The notes beneath the pieces are model-generated. The model searched no databases. It worked only from the letters and a program-made list of their open reading frames with translations, and was not told the origin of the DNA. Both the position numbers and the translations under genes were made by a program. A stretch of DNA of 64,000 nucleotides, taken from Oculina patagonica. Taxonomy: Eukaryota. The stretch covers positions 32,054,001 through 32,118,000 of the forward strand of contig NC_135759.1 in the NCBI RefSeq assembly GCF_052425735.1, given 5' to 3'. Below are positions 60,701-64,000 of the stretch, one piece after another. The first letter of the stretch is position 1. The number at the start of each line of letters is the position of its first letter.

Positions 60701-63636
60701 GCGCAAAGCATTTTGGCGCCAACGAAAACTGTAAGTTAAACTGCTTCCAGTTGTCAAGCTCTGTTTTTTTTTCTACCCGGCAAAACGATCGCTCGAAACG
60801 ATCATTCAAAAATCTCCAGATGTTTTAAAAGTTTCTGTAGCTACTTTCGCTCAAAATAAAGGGCAATTAGATTTAACAAAACGACCTTTTCTCGCGTTTT
60901 CTTAGCCGGCGAGTTGCGTGACATTACTTTTCAAATAGGAATCCTGATTCAAACTAAAAACTCTTTCAGTTGAAAGACTTTGTTTACTTGAGTGGTAAAA
61001 GCCTTTTAATAACTGTATTGCTATTTTTCTGTTCTACTGGACGTGTGTTTTTTAATCAAGCGGAAACGCACCGAAGAACACATTTTATCTCTTGATCGAT
61101 CTTCGCGTAAATATCTCTGCATGATCTACGAATCGAATGTGTTCTCAGATTTCACAAGTCTGTTTTGATTGTTTTTGTTATTATTATTTTGGGCAGCGTA
61201 TAAAAACAAGTACAAATAAATTCTTGTGCGATGAACTGTTTTAAATCTTTGGCCAGCAGATTGTCCGTCAAATTAAACACCAGCTTTCATTTCCAAAATC
61301 CATTTCGACGGAATGCGTTAAAACTTCACACATTTTATCTCTTGATCGATCTTCTCGTAAATATTTCTGGTTTACGAATCGAATGTGTTCTCAGATTTTA
61401 CAAGTCTATTTTGATTGTTTTTTGAATGAATATTCTCCTGTGTACATTGTCTGCACCTAAGTCAATTTTACAGTACGAACGAACTCGACGAATTGCAAAA
61501 AGCCGAGAGTTTTTATCTTTCCTTTAAATTCTATTTATCAAACCGAAGTGTTCGTTTCAGTCGCGTCGAGAAGTCAACACTGAACTGAAAACATGAGTTT
61601 CTTTTCAGTAACGTTTTCACACTAGTTTTCGCTTTACAGTTCCTTCTCTCTATTTAAATTTTACTTCACCGACACTCGGCACAATAATTCAGTTCAAATT
61701 TGTCCAGTTGTCGCGTAAAGTACAAACTTGATTTCAGACCGGGTAAAACTTTCGTGTGAATCGCGGAAATATACAAACCACGCTACTGTTTATTTCGCCC
61801 TGTCCAGAATAAAGTGACCCATTTTTGCTACATTCAGAAAACTCTTTGCCTCATTGTATTAAATTCGGGTGGAATGATTGCGTTGTTTTTGCTCGCAAAT
61901 ATTTTTGTCCGTAGTTACGTAGCTGCATGAAGATACGAATGTGTTTGCAAACTAGACTGTTATGACCCGTTTTCGGTTGAAAAGCAAATTGTTTAATAGT
62001 TTAATAAACAAAACGTGCCACGTTTTGGTTAAAACCTATAAATATTTTCAAGAAAACTGGTGACTCTAATTAGCTGTCTACATGTATGACATTACGCTGT
62101 TTTCTTTTGCAAGATCGATTTCACCGTACTCGTGACTGCATGAAGTTCGTAAAATGTTGTGGCACTTTTGTTTGATAACTAAAACCTATACCTTTTTTTA
62201 ATTAATAAACAAAAGGCGCTATTCTTGCTTGATATTCAAAACATAAGCTGGCATTTCAAGTCTGTTGTAAAAAAAGTCCGTGGTGAAAGTAATCGTTAGC
62301 TAGACTTACGCTTCATACATACAGTTCTTGAATGAAAACTCCGCTTAATTTTAATGAACCTAGGAATTTTAAGTCCTTTCGAGCTTTTGCACGGGAATTC
62401 AGCACAAATTTTGAAAGTTGACGCGAAAAGAATTTTTTTTCTGACCGTGGTAATTTTCCCTGTCTGCCGGGTGAATCGTTTGAACATGACAGCTAGCTCT
62501 GCTGTTTATTTTGTCAACGTGTCTAAAAATAGATTTTATCACCGGCTATCTCGACTGCATATTTAATACTACGACTTTATATTTATAGAGCTGTGTTTAT
62601 TTAAATCTTCTGCTCTTGCTGCCTTCAAAAAGCTCCTTATTTGCTAGAAATCGCTTAAAAACTTTCGACTTTGCAGCTCGTTCCGGAATCGCCGATCGCT
62701 CGCCGCGAAATCGCACAACGTTTAATGCATGGAAAATATTCTTCCAGAAAAAGAAAGGTCGCTTAAATAGGATGCAGCAGACAAGTCTTCTGTTAAAAGT
62801 TTTTCATTTAACAATGATTTATCCATTGCTGCCGAGGTTTTGCACGGAGTTGAGCCTTATTTTTCCCACATTACGCTGCAAAGTACAAATTTCATGACCG
62901 CGTAAAACACATCGCTAGAAAGTTGTTCATTTCGTCGTTTATAAAATAGATCTAATATCACCAACAAACTCGACGACAAACAGGCCATCTTCGTTCAAAT
63001 CCCCGGTTCTTTCTGCTTTTAGAAATCTCTTGATGTTTTTATTTTGTAATTAATAAAATGACGAGGGCTCGTTTCCGATTTAAAACTTGAGCATCCAACA
63101 AGCAGCTCGTTGAACGCAGCCGATCGATCGCGCTGCGTAGTCAAACTTTTGGAAAATATTCTTCCTAAAAGGGAAGTCATGCCTTTGTTTTCCCTCAGTG
63201 GAATGATTTAGCAGTAGAGACTTCTAATATATATGTTGTTAAAATAATGATTCATCCGTAGCGATGTTTTTCCTCTCAATATTTTTGTATGTAATGGCGG
63301 CCGAAGGTAAAGATTTTCGTGTGCACAAAATGTTGTGAAACTTTTGTTTAATAAGCAAAAAGCGCGCGGGTTTTTTGTTTAATAAGCAAAAAATTTTTGT
63401 GTAATAAACAAAAAATACCACCTTTTTTGTCTATCAATTAAAAAATAGGGTCTTTTTTGTTTAATAAGCAACTTTCATTAGTCAAACTTGTTTATTAAGC
63501 AAAAAAGACTGATTACTTGTTTAATAAACAAAAAAATTTGGAGTCCGAAAACATTTTGGGAGTCCGAAAACAAATTGAACCCTGTTTACAATAGTTCTTA
63601 CCCTGACTTCAGAAAATTCACAAAATCCATCCAGAT
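44423..63636 (-). CDS. CSTF3: Cleavage stimulation factor subunit 3 (CstF-77, Suf family), 5'-partial
   Basis: 20 phase-consistent exons: 63602-63636, 54844-54904, 54551-54616, 54205-54282, 53019-53099, 52242-52323, 51347-51456, 50309-50425, 49692-49766, 48659-48760, 48369-48410, 48222-48263, 48030-48090, 47698-47761, 47029-47125, 46802-46900, 45921-46062, 45458-45549, 44856-44928, 44423-44613. Motifs [71 protein letters not shown]. Confidence 0.97.
46372..46620 (+). mobile_element. tRNA-derived SINE
   Basis: GTGGTGACCTAATGG ... GGTTCGAGCCCTGGCC ... TGTTCTTGGGCATGACACTTTACTCTCA. Confidence 0.8.
47158..47663. mobile_element. CAGGG-terminal MITE carrying a nested palindromic insertion (47245-47486)
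   Basis: Termini as in the 42910 element. Nested ~75-bp inverted arms (TGTTCATCACCAGAGAGGTAAACTCTGATATGCCTATC..) surround three 25-bp repeats AAAAATCAGATACCCGGGCGGGATT. Confidence 0.75.
48430..48606. repeat. Compound degenerate tetranucleotide microsatellite (GACT/GACC/GGAT)
   Basis: Seen directly in the CSTF3 intron. Confidence 0.85.
48900..49490 (+). mobile_element. 5'-truncated LINE (CR1/L2-like) 3' fragment, antisense in a CSTF3 intron
   Basis: [60 protein letters not shown], followed by a 3'UTR and AATAAA. Confidence 0.9.
50780..51258. mobile_element. piggyBac-like non-autonomous element
   Basis: TTAA|CCCCTGCCTACCA ... TGGTAGGCAAGGGG|TTAA. Confidence 0.85.
52549..52930. mobile_element. 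CAG-terminal MITE
   Basis: TIR CAGAGATTCCAACCCT / AGGGTTGGAATCTCTG. TGAAAG is duplicated on both flanks. Confidence 0.8.
53667..53897. repeat. ~230-bp imperfect palindrome (MITE-like)
   Basis: TCTGGTTATGCATCTCTAGTATAA..GACAGGCACAAGAC versus GTCTTGTGCCTGTC..TTATACTAGAGACGCATAACCAGA. Confidence 0.75.
55158..63584. mobile_element. Giant foldback (palindromic) non-autonomous element: ~3.6 kb inverted arms 55158-58755 and 59971-63584
   Basis: Termini CAGGGTTCAATTTGTTTTCGGACTCCC / GGGAGTCCGAAAACAAATTGAACCCTG. Mirrored ORF pairs appear in the track (57294- / 61231+, 55321+ / 63239-, 56257+ / 62296-). Subterminal TTG(T/C)TTATTAA repeats are present; no transposase ORF. Confidence 0.92.
58761..59781. 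mobile_element. Kolobok-like element nested at the palindrome centre
   Basis: TTAA|GGTGGCTCCGTAGGGTTT ... AAACCCTATGGAGCCACC|TTAT. The 18-bp TIR has 1 mismatch and the right TSD has 1 mismatch. Confidence 0.75.
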
Positions 63637-64000
63637 CTGTAGGAAGCAAAACAGTAGAGTAGGAATCAGTACAACAGTTCTGACTGAATTTTCATAAAAA
63701 TATTGAAATGCACCGTCAAGTGTTATTATTTTATCATCTATAGTATTATGTCTAAAATAATGTTCTGTTGTGCTTTTTTCCATGGCCATGCAACCAGTTT
63801 GCTTAAAAATGGAGATGTCACAGTGACAGACTGTCATTTTCAGACTTTCCACATGCTATGACTGCCTCAGTGTAAGTCATTATTATATTAAAACAAACAA
63901 AAGTTTACTATAGTAAATTACTATTTTAAGGAAAATAATTTCTTTGTAATTGCTTGTTGTTTCAGACTTCCACTACCTTTTTACATGACTTTTTAAGATA

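Noticed and set aside
55321-63421. Short ORFs within the palindrome arms as transposase or duplicated genes
   Set aside because: All are under 95 aa with no DDE or zinc-finger motifs. Identical pairs merely reflect the inversion.

Overview
This is a gene-dense, AT-rich animal genomic window. The SINE/MITE repertoire and gene structures suggest an anthozoan, probably a stony coral (inference). Nine protein-coding genes are supported: a CELF/Bruno RRM gene (-, runs off the left edge), an uncharacterised single-ORF coiled-coil protein (-), BAK (+), TMEM19 (-), CCDC34 (+), LTO1/ORAOV1 (-), MYLIP/IDOL (+), BORCS5 (+) and CSTF3/CstF-77 (-, 20 exons visible, 5' end off the right edge). The most striking structure is an ~8.4 kb foldback element: two near-identical ~3.6 kb inverted arms with CAGGG termini and a Kolobok-like element nested at the centre. 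It fills almost a whole CSTF3 intron and ends 17 nt from the splice donor. Other notable items: a minimal Penelope-type hammerhead ribozyme motif, a tRNA-cored element with a 14-bp flanking duplication, a candidate NMD-triggering 3'UTR intron in LTO1, many small palindromic MITEs, and a 2.4 kb T-depleted block that is probably an assembly artefact. All exon coordinates were read by eye from GT/AG sites and frame continuity. Homology calls are from recalled family motifs, not database searches.
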